A program made the position numbers and the translations under genes. Under the pieces are notes generated by a model. It was not told the DNA's origin and made no database searches. It worked only from the letters and a program-made list of their open reading frames with translations. From the NCBI GenBank assembly GCA_902584445.1, contig CACHZY010000003.1, positions 30,496 through 94,495 on the forward strand: a DNA stretch of 64,000 bases, written 5' to 3'. Of this stretch, positions 50,387 to 59,741 are shown piece by piece. The stretch is from an uncultured Bacteroidota bacterium. GTDB taxonomy: Bacteria > Bacteroidota > Bacteroidia > Flavobacteriales > Flavobacteriaceae. Each line of letters begins with the position of its first letter. Within the stretch, counting starts at the first letter, position 1.

Positions 50387-50527
50387 TTAAGCCTCTGAGG
50401 TAGTATCTTCAAATTCACTACATGTATATTTCTCGCTTACATCGACTTGATGAACTCCACATGTCATTGAAGTAAAAACAAGATTGTCGCAATTCACACA
50501 GCTGTTACTTAGATTTAAAGTTTTCAT
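50387..50527 (-). CDS. candidate 46-aa four-cysteine mini-protein (MKTLNLSNSCVNCDNLVFTSMTCGVHQVDVSEKYTCSEFEDTTSEA)
   Basis: Below the ORF-track cutoff. ATG lies 17 nt downstream of a TAAATTTG (-7-type) box. CxxC-x9-C-x12-C pattern; acidic tail. Confidence 0.3.
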   Translation of the reverse strand: MKTLNLSNSCVNCDNLVFTSMTCGVHQVDVSEKYTCSEFEDTTSEA

Positions 50528-50543
50528 AATTTATATTTTACCA

Positions 50544-50551
50544 CAAATTTA
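50544..50551 (-). promoter_or_regulatory. Bacteroidota -7-type promoter box TAAATTTG (TAnnTTTG)
   Basis: Exact match to the TAnnTTTG consensus on the minus strand upstream of the mini-ORF; no clear -33 TTTG. Confidence 0.35.
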
Positions 50552-50814
50552 GTATAAAAAACTTATAATCTGTTGATTTACAGTAATTTGTAATTAGAAT
50601 TAATAAAAATAGTGAAAAGATAATTGTGAGTAATAAGTTATTGTACCGGCTCATTCTAAAAAATCGATCAAGACCGGCATTTTAACAATTAGTGTAAATA
50701 TCTGATTGTTAGAGCTTTCATGACTCAATCACCACAAAATTAAACCTTTTCAGTATTATTTGGTCTATTAGATGTATTAATAGTTATTGTTAATCATAGA
50801 CTAGTTTGTTTGAT

Positions 50815-50840
50815 AAAGCCCTCCTTTAAAGAGGGCTTTT
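50815..50840 (+). terminator. orphan stem-loop terminator (AAAGCCCTC-N7-GAGGGCTTT + T)
   Basis: 9-bp stem with GC core followed by a T-run on the plus strand; no annotated plus-strand gene upstream of it. Confidence 0.5.
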
Positions 50841-50944
50841 ATGATAAAAAAAACTAGATAAAACCTTTAATTAGCAATTCTAATCCATTTCATTTTAAAG
50901 CTAAATTTTTTATGTTTGATATTATTAAGACTAAACAATTTTAT

Positions 50945-51841
50945 ATGAAAAAGCTCATCCTTCTTTTATTGACAATTCCTATGGTCTCATTTGGCCAGCC
51001 AGAAATTGGTGCAAAGAAAGTTGATAGAAATGTAATTTATGGAATGTATTCTGGGTTAGCTTTATTAATGGATATACATTACCCTAAGTATCCTAACGGC
51101 ATAGCACTTATTCACATTTCGGGAAGTGGATGGAACAGGCCATTGTCACTTAGCGCTAAACCATTAAACCATCAAGGACACGTAAAATTAGAATGTGAGG
51201 GGCTTCTCAAAAATGGCTTTACTATTTTTACAATCAATCACCGTGCAACTCCACGGTTTAAATTTCCAGCTCCAATTAAAGATGCACAAAGAGCTGTAAA
51301 ATTCATAAGGTATCATGCGGAAAAATATAATATTAATCCCGATAAGATTGGTGCTATTGGTGGTTCATCTGGAGGAAATATTGTTCTTCTGTTAGGTGTG
51401 CTTGATGGAAAAGAAGATGAAGAAAATTCAGACTTTATAAATCGGAAAAGCTCTAAAGTTCAAGCTATTATTGCAAGGGCACCAGTGACAACATTCATAA
51501 ATAATGTTTCTAATGAACGCTCTATTTATCTTGGTGTAAGGGGAAATGAAATAATTAAAAAACAATCTCGTGAATATAAAATTGCATTTGAGGCATCGCC
51601 TATATCTCACGTTTCAAAAGATGATCCACCAGTATTACTTATGCACGGTGATAAAGATGTCACAGTTCCAATTTTTCATTCATTGATAATGTTAGACTCT
51701 CTAACAAAGTATGGAGTAGAAAGTAAGTTAATAGAAATAAAGAATGCCAAGCATGGACCTAGTTTTAAAGGCGCGATTAATTTACCTGACCTAGATAGTA
51801 TTAGAATGAATTGGTTTAACAAACATCTTATAGAAAAATGA
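50945..51841 (+). CDS. secreted alpha/beta-hydrolase (esterase/lipase, prolyl-oligopeptidase-fold)
   Basis: Signal peptide starts at the internal Met (MKKLILLLLTIPMVSFG); GGSSGG nucleophile elbow; LLMHGDKDVTVP block. Confidence 0.75.
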   Translation: MKKLILLLLTIPMVSFGQPEIGAKKVDRNVIYGMYSGLALLMDIHYPKYPNGIALIHISGSGWNRPLSLSAKPLNHQGHVKLECEGLLKNGFTIFTINHRATPRFKFPAPIKDAQRAVKFIRYHAEKYNINPDKIGAIGGSSGGNIVLLLGVLDGKEDEENSDFINRKSSKVQAIIARAPVTTFINNVSNERSIYLGVRGNEIIKKQSREYKIAFEASPISHVSKDDPPVLLMHGDKDVTVPIFHSLIMLDSLTKYGVESKLIEIKNAKHGPSFKGAINLPDLDSIRMNWFNKHLIEK

Positions 51842-51871
51842 TGTTTAAAATAACATTTGAGCCAATAAAAA

Positions 51872-52855
51872 TTATTCATTTGGCCATTCCCAGTTAACAA
51901 GGTCATTACTCCAGGCAATTCCTATAGATGAATTTTTATCAAAGTCCCCCTCACTTTCTTTTTTTGGTCCAGAGCCATGGAAAAACATAATATATTTTTC
52001 AATTCCTTTAATCCCTCTCAGGTCAACCACAGCTCCTGCTGTGATTCTTCCTTTTGCCCAATCCCATTGTTTTTGTCCAAGGGTTATAAGACCTCCAAAA
52101 GAGGACCAGTCTTTAAAATTGTCTGATCGCTTTATTCCTATACCATTTTGTGGTGAGTGAAACATGACATATTGATTATCATCCTTCAATACACATACAT
52201 TTTCACCAGAGTTAACGTTCTCAAAAAATGTCCAATTTTTAAAATCGTAAGTATATGACATACTAACTCCATTTTGTTTGTATAAGCACCACCATTTCCC
52301 ATTTATATCTTTATCCTCAATTAAGTATGGATCTATCATTCTACCCATTTTATTTATAGGAGTTTTTATACCTTTTACTTTTAAAATTTCTGGATATGTC
52401 CAATTATCAAGATCATTACTTTTCATTATAAAAATTCGTGAATCCTCAGAGCCATATCTTACTTTATCCCCTGAAAAATATCCAGGTCGGGGATATGTTT
52501 GAAGACATAAAATCCATTTTCCATTATATTTAATTATGTTTCCTGGGCTACAAAAGTTTAAATTTTGATCCATTGGAGTCAAAATCTTAATATGACTCCA
52601 ATTAATCAAATCCTTAGATTTAGAGGATGCAGTAAACGAAAATATTTCTCCCTTAATTATTTTAACAAGTGTAAAAAATACATAGAACTGATTATTATGA
52701 AATAGAACTGCTGGATCTCGGTATGCTGTTTTATCATCTCCACGAAATAGAATTGGAGATTTAATAGACTGGAGAATATTATTTTGTGCAGTTAAATGAG
52801 GCACTTGAACTAAAATAAAAGTATATAAGAAAAAGTATCTAATAAGTTTTTCCAC
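51872..52855 (-). CDS. five-bladed beta-propeller glycoside hydrolase (GH43-like)
   Basis: Signal peptide; AYRDPAVLFHNNQFYVFFT (catalytic-Asp-type block); repeated W-containing blade pattern. Family assignment is tentative. Confidence 0.5.
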   Translation of the reverse strand: MEKLIRYFFLYTFILVQVPHLTAQNNILQSIKSPILFRGDDKTAYRDPAVLFHNNQFYVFFTLVKIIKGEIFSFTASSKSKDLINWSHIKILTPMDQNLNFCSPGNIIKYNGKWILCLQTYPRPGYFSGDKVRYGSEDSRIFIMKSNDLDNWTYPEILKVKGIKTPINKMGRMIDPYLIEDKDINGKWWCLYKQNGVSMSYTYDFKNWTFFENVNSGENVCVLKDDNQYVMFHSPQNGIGIKRSDNFKDWSSFGGLITLGQKQWDWAKGRITAGAVVDLRGIKGIEKYIMFFHGSGPKKESEGDFDKNSSIGIAWSNDLVNWEWPNE

Positions 52856-52895
52856 TGTTATTTTCTCAATATATCTTTATTGGTTAGTTAATTTT

Positions 52896-54701
52896 TTACT
52901 CCCAATTGTCCGTTCGAAATGTTGAGGCGGGTAATCCTTCTTTATTAAATAGGTTTGGTTCAGACCCGTTTGTAAATCCAAACCTTACGGCAATGGGTTT
53001 AGGAACCATTTTATTAGAAACAATTATCGAATTTCCATCAATCTTTGCAGCAGCGGTTATAAACTTTTTATTTGGTCCAGAAATTTTAAAATGTGTTAAA
53101 CTACCACCTTTTGAAATTAATCCACTACCTGAATTGTCAAACTCTAATCTAATTTTACCCGCTTCAACTTTCATAGACTTATATAGCGGTCCTGAATAGA
53201 CTATATCTTTATTGCCATAATCTTTTGCTAAAGCCCATAAAGATAAGCGGCGACCTACTTCCTTTTTGTTTCTTGGGTGTATATCATATACATTTCCAAT
53301 ATCCGTAATGACAGCCATCCCAGTATTTGACAATGACATTGTTTTGAATTGTGCTTCTCTTAATTTTGCTGATTCAACACCATCAATGTCTCCTTGATAA
53401 TTAAAAGGCGCTAACTGGACAAAATAAAAAGGAAAATCTCCTTGATTCCATTTTTCTCTCCAATCTATTATCATATTGGAGAAAAGTTTATAGTATCTAT
53501 TGGCTCTAGACACATTGGCTTCACCTTGGTACCAAATAACACCCTTAATTGTGAACGGGATTAACGGGGCCAACATCGCATTGAATAGATGCGATGGATA
53601 ACTCTGATAAGGGGGTCTCCCCAAATTCAATCCTTTTTTTGGATCGATTCTTTTTACTCCATTAATTGGGTATTCACCTACTCCATCACCATCGTTAATT
53701 GTCCCTTTAACAGTATCATCAATAAATTTTAATTTAACGGTAAAGGGGTCGGGTGAAAAAGCTTTTGATAAATAATTAAACGATAATTCATCAAGTTTAA
53801 AAGTGACATTATTTGTTGTTTTTTGCCAATTAAAAAAAGCATTTAACTTGCCATTATCCATGGAAACAGTTAAGACACCAGGATATTCGTTGCTCTCCCC
53901 GCTAATTACATCATATACTCCAATTATCTCCTCTAATTTGATGCTTGCAGACTTTTTACTCTTGGATTCCTTAATTACCTTTTCAAAATAGGCTAAATCC
54001 TTATCATTACTTTTAGACCTCGAAATCATTTTTTTCTTTAAAAAATCAATTTCGGGCATCTGTTCCATTTTTTCCATACTTGTCCAAGCCTCAGCTGGTG
54101 TTCCTCCCCAGCTTGATAGAATTAGGCCTAAAGGCCTGTTAAGGGTTTGATGTAGTTTCTTTCCAAAATGATACAATACAGCTGAAAAATTTTCTACATT
54201 TTCAGGAGTACAGATTACCCATTTTGCCTCAACATTTTTTTGAGGTTTATCAGCCGTAACTCTTGGCACATAAAATAATCGGATATTATGAAAATTAGCC
54301 TTTACTATTTCTGCTTCTCCACTATCAGTTTTGTTCATGCCCCATTGCATATTAGATTGGCCTGAGCCTAACCAATTCTCCCCTACCAATATATCAGAAA
54401 TTATCTTTTTATTAGCTCCAGCTTTAATGGTCATTTCGTATGGACCATTAGCTTTTAGTAAAGGGAGCTTTACTTGCCATTTACCATTTTTATCAGCAGT
54501 AGTATAGACCTCTTTGTCTTGAATGGAGACTGATACACTCTTATTAGAATCTGTCCAGCCCCAAATAACGCATTCAGCATCTTGCTGCAATACCATATGA
54601 TCGGATATAATTGAAGGAAGTTCTAGTTTTTGATATTCCTTTTTTGATTGACAACTAACAATTAAAAAAAGAATAACCAGCTTTAATACATTGTTAAACA
54701 T
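52896..54701 (-). CDS. sialate O-acetylesterase-like (SGNH / DUF303-type) carbohydrate esterase
   Basis: VGENWLGSGQSNMQW nucleophile block and GVIWYQGEANV block; signal/lipobox (IVSC); 601 aa. Confidence 0.72.
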   Translation of the reverse strand: MFNNVLKLVILFLIVSCQSKKEYQKLELPSIISDHMVLQQDAECVIWGWTDSNKSVSVSIQDKEVYTTADKNGKWQVKLPLLKANGPYEMTIKAGANKKIISDILVGENWLGSGQSNMQWGMNKTDSGEAEIVKANFHNIRLFYVPRVTADKPQKNVEAKWVICTPENVENFSAVLYHFGKKLHQTLNRPLGLILSSWGGTPAEAWTSMEKMEQMPEIDFLKKKMISRSKSNDKDLAYFEKVIKESKSKKSASIKLEEIIGVYDVISGESNEYPGVLTVSMDNGKLNAFFNWQKTTNNVTFKLDELSFNYLSKAFSPDPFTVKLKFIDDTVKGTINDGDGVGEYPINGVKRIDPKKGLNLGRPPYQSYPSHLFNAMLAPLIPFTIKGVIWYQGEANVSRANRYYKLFSNMIIDWREKWNQGDFPFYFVQLAPFNYQGDIDGVESAKLREAQFKTMSLSNTGMAVITDIGNVYDIHPRNKKEVGRRLSLWALAKDYGNKDIVYSGPLYKSMKVEAGKIRLEFDNSGSGLISKGGSLTHFKISGPNKKFITAAAKIDGNSIIVSNKMVPKPIAVRFGFTNGSEPNLFNKEGLPASTFRTDNWE

Positions 54702-54737
54702 AATTTTTAAATAGGGTTTATGAAATATTTACAGGAT

Positions 54738-56102
54738 TCAATTTAATTTTGGTATGTACCAAATATTTTTATTTAAGTCTATCCCGCCTCCTAATTCATC
54801 CTGAATTACTCTATCCGTAATGTAAACCCCTATATTGGCCATATTTGAAAAATTATCTAATCCATTTGGAAAATTCTGTCGGGTTCTATGAATATTATAC
54901 TCCTCGGAAAAGCTTCTATCAAAAGCTTTTTCAACTCCATCTTTACCAATCATAAAACCAATTAGCCCTCCCCATGTGGCTGTTGGGTTATCTGAATCCC
55001 AACCCATAAGAGATCCCAATTTTATAGTTTCTTTTAAATCTCCCTCACCGGCAAATAAACTAACTAAACTTGCGGCAAAATTTATTCCAGCTGCAAAACA
55101 TCCATTACACCTTAAATTTCTTGAAGTTATATCATAGCCATCTTTTTCTTCTACTTGATATCTTACATAAATATTGTCTCTTATTGTTTCCCATGGGAGG
55201 CCCTCATTATATTGTTTCTTTACAAAATCATACATTTTTGAGGCATATGAATCATTTGGTAGCTGATCTCTAGATTTTTCAGCAATGATTAAAAGATTTT
55301 CTTTATTGCTGAGATTTGGATCAGCAATTGCAGCTAAAGAATACATGGAAACATAAAATTTTGAAATCCATTCTGCATTAAACCTAGCTGTGGTCTGAAT
55401 AGGAAGCTCGGCCATTTCAACAGCAAAATCTGGTCTGCCAGGTGAATAAAATCCAAATACTTCAGTAGTTAATTGAGCATCAATCATATCAAAATCTGGA
55501 TTTTTTGCAGGATCGCTTGTTTGCGGAGGTACTATTCCGCTAATCATTAAATCTAAAGCTCTTTGATTTGAGACCCATAAATAGTTTTGTTCTTCATGTT
55601 TTATATGTTTTAACCATCCATCGCGAATTTGCTGTCCGCTCAATTTTGATGTTTTATTTGTGTAAACTAGATGTTGATACATATATTCAATGTCAGTATC
55701 ATCGTCAGCTCCCCATTTTCCATCCTTACCCTCAAAAACAAAATCTATATATCGGTCAACCTTATTACCTCGCAAATTCAGTTTGTCTTTTTTACCCCAA
55801 TCCTCTCGAGTATAAAAATCTCCTGTCTTATGTTCACCGATATTTCCAATTTTATCATTCTCGGTTACTAGACCAGTCCAATTTGCAATACATTGTGCGA
55901 GCCAAAACCCCTTAAGTTTATTAAAATATTCAGCTCTAGATATTATAATTTCGTCCCCTAAAGGGTTGTATTCTATATAGTTGAAATTTTCATCTTGAAG
56001 AACATCAGAAGTTAAATTTTTCTTTTCAGAGCATGATAATATTAAAATTATAAGTGATAGTAAAGTAAATTTTTTCATATTAATTGTTTGGTTATAATAC
56101 AA
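54738..56102 (-). CDS. ADP-ribosylglycohydrolase-fold lipoprotein
   Basis: Lipobox (ILSC); GADDDTDIEY and GWDSDNPTATWGGLIGFMIG acidic metal-site-like blocks typical of the ARH/DraG family. Confidence 0.55.
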   Translation of the reverse strand: MYYNQTINMKKFTLLSLIILILSCSEKKNLTSDVLQDENFNYIEYNPLGDEIIISRAEYFNKLKGFWLAQCIANWTGLVTENDKIGNIGEHKTGDFYTREDWGKKDKLNLRGNKVDRYIDFVFEGKDGKWGADDDTDIEYMYQHLVYTNKTSKLSGQQIRDGWLKHIKHEEQNYLWVSNQRALDLMISGIVPPQTSDPAKNPDFDMIDAQLTTEVFGFYSPGRPDFAVEMAELPIQTTARFNAEWISKFYVSMYSLAAIADPNLSNKENLLIIAEKSRDQLPNDSYASKMYDFVKKQYNEGLPWETIRDNIYVRYQVEEKDGYDITSRNLRCNGCFAAGINFAASLVSLFAGEGDLKETIKLGSLMGWDSDNPTATWGGLIGFMIGKDGVEKAFDRSFSEEYNIHRTRQNFPNGLDNFSNMANIGVYITDRVIQDELGGGIDLNKNIWYIPKLN

Positions 56103-56195
56103 AAATAATAATATCGAGAACTTATCAAATTTCTTCTAAGTTTAGTTGAGGGTGTTTAAGATAAAAAGATGAATTAAAGCACTCACTGTAGGTCA

Positions 56196-57836
56196 TTAAA
56201 AATCAAAAAAATCCCATTTGGAGAAATTTCTGTTAGTACTTATTTTATTTACACTTTTAATAACCCATTGATCTTTAGGAGAGTTAAGATCATACTCTAT
56301 GATATTACCATTAGGATGATTAAAATAGGTGGATAATTTTTTTTCGTCACTATTTTTTATAAGTATATCTTCCAAAATATTTTCTATAGAATTGGACCGG
56401 ACAATCACCATCAAACCTAATTCCTCTTTTGAAAATATTGCGAGATAAATACCTTCAGTAATTAAAAAAATCTTCCAGTTACCTGAGGATTTCAAGACCT
56501 TTTTATTCACGGGGATATGTACTTTACCTTTTGTACACGCAAAATCCTGATATACACCAGTATTATTCCAGTCTATAAAATTATCTCCTGGTCCAAACAT
56601 ATGAAATGCATGCTTCATCTCAGAAGCATCATCATCTAAAAACAACATAATGGGTTTGGCTACAATGAGAGATCGTCTTCCCTGGTTTGCACCTCCGGCG
56701 GAGAGTAAATATGACTTGTCACCGGAGAGAATTTCTGGACATGAATTGAATCCGTGTCCCATTTTTACAAAATATGGTTTGGGTTTATCTAAAACCCATT
56801 GAATGACTTTGTCGGCCGGTTTATAAGATACAAACGTAGCCCAAAGAGCATGATGTTGTCCTCTGGACATATTCACAGATAATGATTCATCATATAGACT
56901 ACCCCAAACCTTGAGCATCACCGTGTGATAATCGGAATCAATATTTTTCTTAAAATCTTTACCAAACCTTCTTCGATTGGGTGGAAAATGTTTGAACTTA
57001 TAGCTGCTTAAAGCATATTGCCAATTTAACCGGTCCAATAATTTGCCGGATAATGATCTAATATCTCCTGAAGCAAATTCATAGAGGTTCAGTAAGGCAC
57101 AATAAGTGTAACCAAGGTATGGTGCTGAATTAAATTCATAGAATCCATAAGTATCTATTTCCTCCAAAAACACCTTAAGTTTTTTCTCCACTCCATTAGT
57201 TTTATTATTATACTCAGGAGCATTATTACCATGATTTCTCAACCACTGATTTTTTAAATAGCGAGAGCCTTCAGTCATCAAAATATGATTTTCAGAATCC
57301 TCTAAAAACATATACCCAACATTTCTCCTAAATTTATTCCCCTCAATCGTAAGAATATTATTTAACAGGTGCTGCCTTGTTTTAGGGTATAATATATCTG
57401 GCTTTTCGCCAAATAGGTAAAGTAAAGCTGTAAATGCCATAGCAGTAAAATCATAGTCTCCAAGGGGGTAGAGCAACCAAGGAGATCCAGGGTGACCAAC
57501 TGCTTTTTGACGCATTAAATATTTGTTCATCTCCTCTACTCTTTTCCCTTCCAAAAAACAACTAATAACAATTCGAGAATTTTTTAAATTAACCTTTTCA
57601 TCAGGTTTCCAATCTTGAGGTGTTTTTGAAGTCCACCCATCAAGAATATTTTGTTTTAATTCTGAATTATCATTGAAAGATAATGTCCGCTGAGTTGGAA
57701 TTTTAATATCGCCCAGTTCGACTGGCTTATCCATTTTTCTACCAGCGCCAGCAAAAATATTAACTAATACATATAGCAGCAGAGGAATTGTAATAGAAAC
57801 TATTAATAAATAGGCAAATAGTTTTTTTATTTTCAT
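56196..57836 (-). CDS. membrane-anchored hypothetical protein (possibly alpha/alpha-toroid lyase/hydrolase-like)
   Basis: Single N-terminal TM helix; 546 aa; ENHILMTEGSRYL and YEFNSAPYLGYTY blocks weakly recall the heparinase II/III-like fold. Not assignable by eye. Confidence 0.4.
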   Translation of the reverse strand: MKIKKLFAYLLIVSITIPLLLYVLVNIFAGAGRKMDKPVELGDIKIPTQRTLSFNDNSELKQNILDGWTSKTPQDWKPDEKVNLKNSRIVISCFLEGKRVEEMNKYLMRQKAVGHPGSPWLLYPLGDYDFTAMAFTALLYLFGEKPDILYPKTRQHLLNNILTIEGNKFRRNVGYMFLEDSENHILMTEGSRYLKNQWLRNHGNNAPEYNNKTNGVEKKLKVFLEEIDTYGFYEFNSAPYLGYTYCALLNLYEFASGDIRSLSGKLLDRLNWQYALSSYKFKHFPPNRRRFGKDFKKNIDSDYHTVMLKVWGSLYDESLSVNMSRGQHHALWATFVSYKPADKVIQWVLDKPKPYFVKMGHGFNSCPEILSGDKSYLLSAGGANQGRRSLIVAKPIMLFLDDDASEMKHAFHMFGPGDNFIDWNNTGVYQDFACTKGKVHIPVNKKVLKSSGNWKIFLITEGIYLAIFSKEELGLMVIVRSNSIENILEDILIKNSDEKKLSTYFNHPNGNIIEYDLNSPKDQWVIKSVNKISTNRNFSKWDFFDF

Positions 57837-57956
57837 TTCATAAAGGCCATTAATTTAGCAGAAATTTTTATCTAAAATATATAGATTAATGTTGAAGCAA
57901 TAATCACTTTTGAAGGATTTATTATTTTAGTAAATTATTAATAATAAATATTCTAA

Positions 57957-58406
57957 ATGAAAAATTCAATATTATTATTATTCGTTTTTCCAATTTTTTC
58001 TTTCTCCCAGTCAGCGAAATCATTAAATGACAAAGAAATAAATTTTTACGGAAAAAAGTTTATTATTCCTTCATCTAAAAATGATAATAAAATTAAATCA
58101 TCAGACTTTTTAACTATTGGAAATATTATTTCAAGTTGTCCAAAAAAAGGTTGCTGGGTAAAAGTAATTACAGATTTTGAAGAAGTGTTTGTTACATTTA
58201 AAGACTATTCATTTTTTGTTCCCAAAAAAGGAATTAGAGATAAGGAAATAGTAATAAATGGAATTATAAAAACGGATACTATATCTATTTCTCAATTAAA
58301 ACATTATGCATATGATGCAGGTGAATCCGAGGAATTTGTTTCAAAAATAAAACATCCTAAAATTACCAAATCTATAGTTGCAGATGGCGTGGCAATTATT
58401 AATTAA
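57957..58406 (+). CDS. DUF4920-like secreted protein
   Basis: Signal peptide; SSCPKKGCWVKV motif typical of DUF4920. Confidence 0.55.
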   Translation: MKNSILLLFVFPIFSFSQSAKSLNDKEINFYGKKFIIPSSKNDNKIKSSDFLTIGNIISSCPKKGCWVKVITDFEEVFVTFKDYSFFVPKKGIRDKEIVINGIIKTDTISISQLKHYAYDAGESEEFVSKIKHPKITKSIVADGVAIIN

Positions 58407-58529
58407 TTTTTGTACCCAAACAGTTCCTATTCTCTTTAAGTCATATGTTTTGGTTAAAGCATAAAGTAAATGCTAAAACTATTTCAAAATGAAATTACTT
58501 TTATTCAACATCATTATGAAAAATCAGTA

Positions 58530-59741
58530 ATGTTAACAAAGTCTTTGATTCTAATCGTTTATGGAGCAACAGGGTTCACAGGTAGGTTGGTTGCTAACTA
58601 TCTTGACAGCCATATTGAACTCAAAGGTAAACCGTGGGCAATTGCTGGACGTAATCAGAACAAGCTTTCCAAGCTGGCCAAAGAACTCAAAAGTAATCCT
58701 GAGACTATCTGTGTTGACCTGGAGGACAACATCGCAGTAATCGAAATGGTCTTGCGTACCTCAGTAGTTATCAATTGCGCAGGGCCATATTCTAAAAATA
58801 ATGGGGCCGCTATTTTAGGAGCATGTGCACAAAAAGGAGTTCACTATTCGGACCTTGCCGGCGAGGGATTTTGGCAATCAGAAATGGTTGAAGCCTTTCA
58901 TGATATTGCAAAAAACTCAGGAGCGAAAGTGATTTTAGGTGGTGGTGTAGACTCGTTACCCTCTGATCTAGGTACCTTTACAGCCGCTGAAGCCTTGTCT
59001 AATGAACCTAACGAAAAAATACATATTCGTAGCGTTTACACACGTTTTACTGGTTCTTTTTCAGGCGGTACATTAAATTCTGCTAGGGCTACTGCACGAG
59101 CTAGGAAATCAGGTAAGTTCACAAATACAATGGAAGCAGATCCCTATCTACTTTCACCAAAAACCAAAGGTATAGAAACAGAAACTCCTGCCACTGCAGA
59201 TGGTATGACTCAAGAATTCAGTTGGTCTTTCGATTGGTCACACGTTGCAATTACAAAATTTTTTATGGCTCCAATTAACGCCAGAGTAGTCCGTCGCAGT
59301 TTAGTCCTGCAAAATCAGCACCAAAATACATCTTATAGTGAATGTGCTTCAATAGGAATGTGGATTCGCTTATTAGTAATGTGGATAAGTACTGGATTTG
59401 GTTATTTCAAAGGTGAGCCTATAAAGTTCAAACCAACCTCTGGAGAAGGTCCACCTTCTTGGTTAATCCGTGATGGAAGTTTCAAGGTTAAAATTACAGC
59501 AAGATCAAATGGGAAATTAGCAAGTACCACCATATCAGGTCAAGGTGATCCAGGATACGGAGCAACTTCAAAAATACTTGCTGAACTCGGCCTTTGCCTT
59601 GCTTTGGATGACCATAGTAAGTCATCACACCCGTCTGGCGTACTAACTCCCTCAACGGGCTTAGGTGATGTACTATTAATGCGGCTTAAACAAGCTGAAG
59701 ATGGAAACCTCATGCAGTTCAAGACAATAACGCTTAGATGA
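58530..59741 (+). CDS. saccharopine-dehydrogenase-like NAD(P)-binding oxidoreductase
   Basis: LIVYGATGFTGRLVANYL Rossmann N-terminus starting at the internal Met; about 400 aa; stop overlaps the next ATG (ATGA). Confidence 0.75.
   Translation: MLTKSLILIVYGATGFTGRLVANYLDSHIELKGKPWAIAGRNQNKLSKLAKELKSNPETICVDLEDNIAVIEMVLRTSVVINCAGPYSKNNGAAILGACAQKGVHYSDLAGEGFWQSEMVEAFHDIAKNSGAKVILGGGVDSLPSDLGTFTAAEALSNEPNEKIHIRSVYTRFTGSFSGGTLNSARATARARKSGKFTNTMEADPYLLSPKTKGIETETPATADGMTQEFSWSFDWSHVAITKFFMAPINARVVRRSLVLQNQHQNTSYSECASIGMWIRLLVMWISTGFGYFKGEPIKFKPTSGEGPPSWLIRDGSFKVKITARSNGKLASTTISGQGDPGYGATSKILAELGLCLALDDHSKSSHPSGVLTPSTGLGDVLLMRLKQAEDGNLMQFKTITLR

Noticed and set aside
55568-55915. 115-aa and 66-aa plus-strand ORFs inside the ARH-fold gene
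   Set aside because: They are antisense to a well-supported CDS and have no motifs or start context.
58470-59741. Horizontal transfer of the saccharopine-dehydrogenase-like gene based on higher GC
   Set aside because: Spot counts of a few 60-nt lines gave values overlapping those of core genes such as ileS. That is not a convincing compositional anomaly without a proper window calculation.
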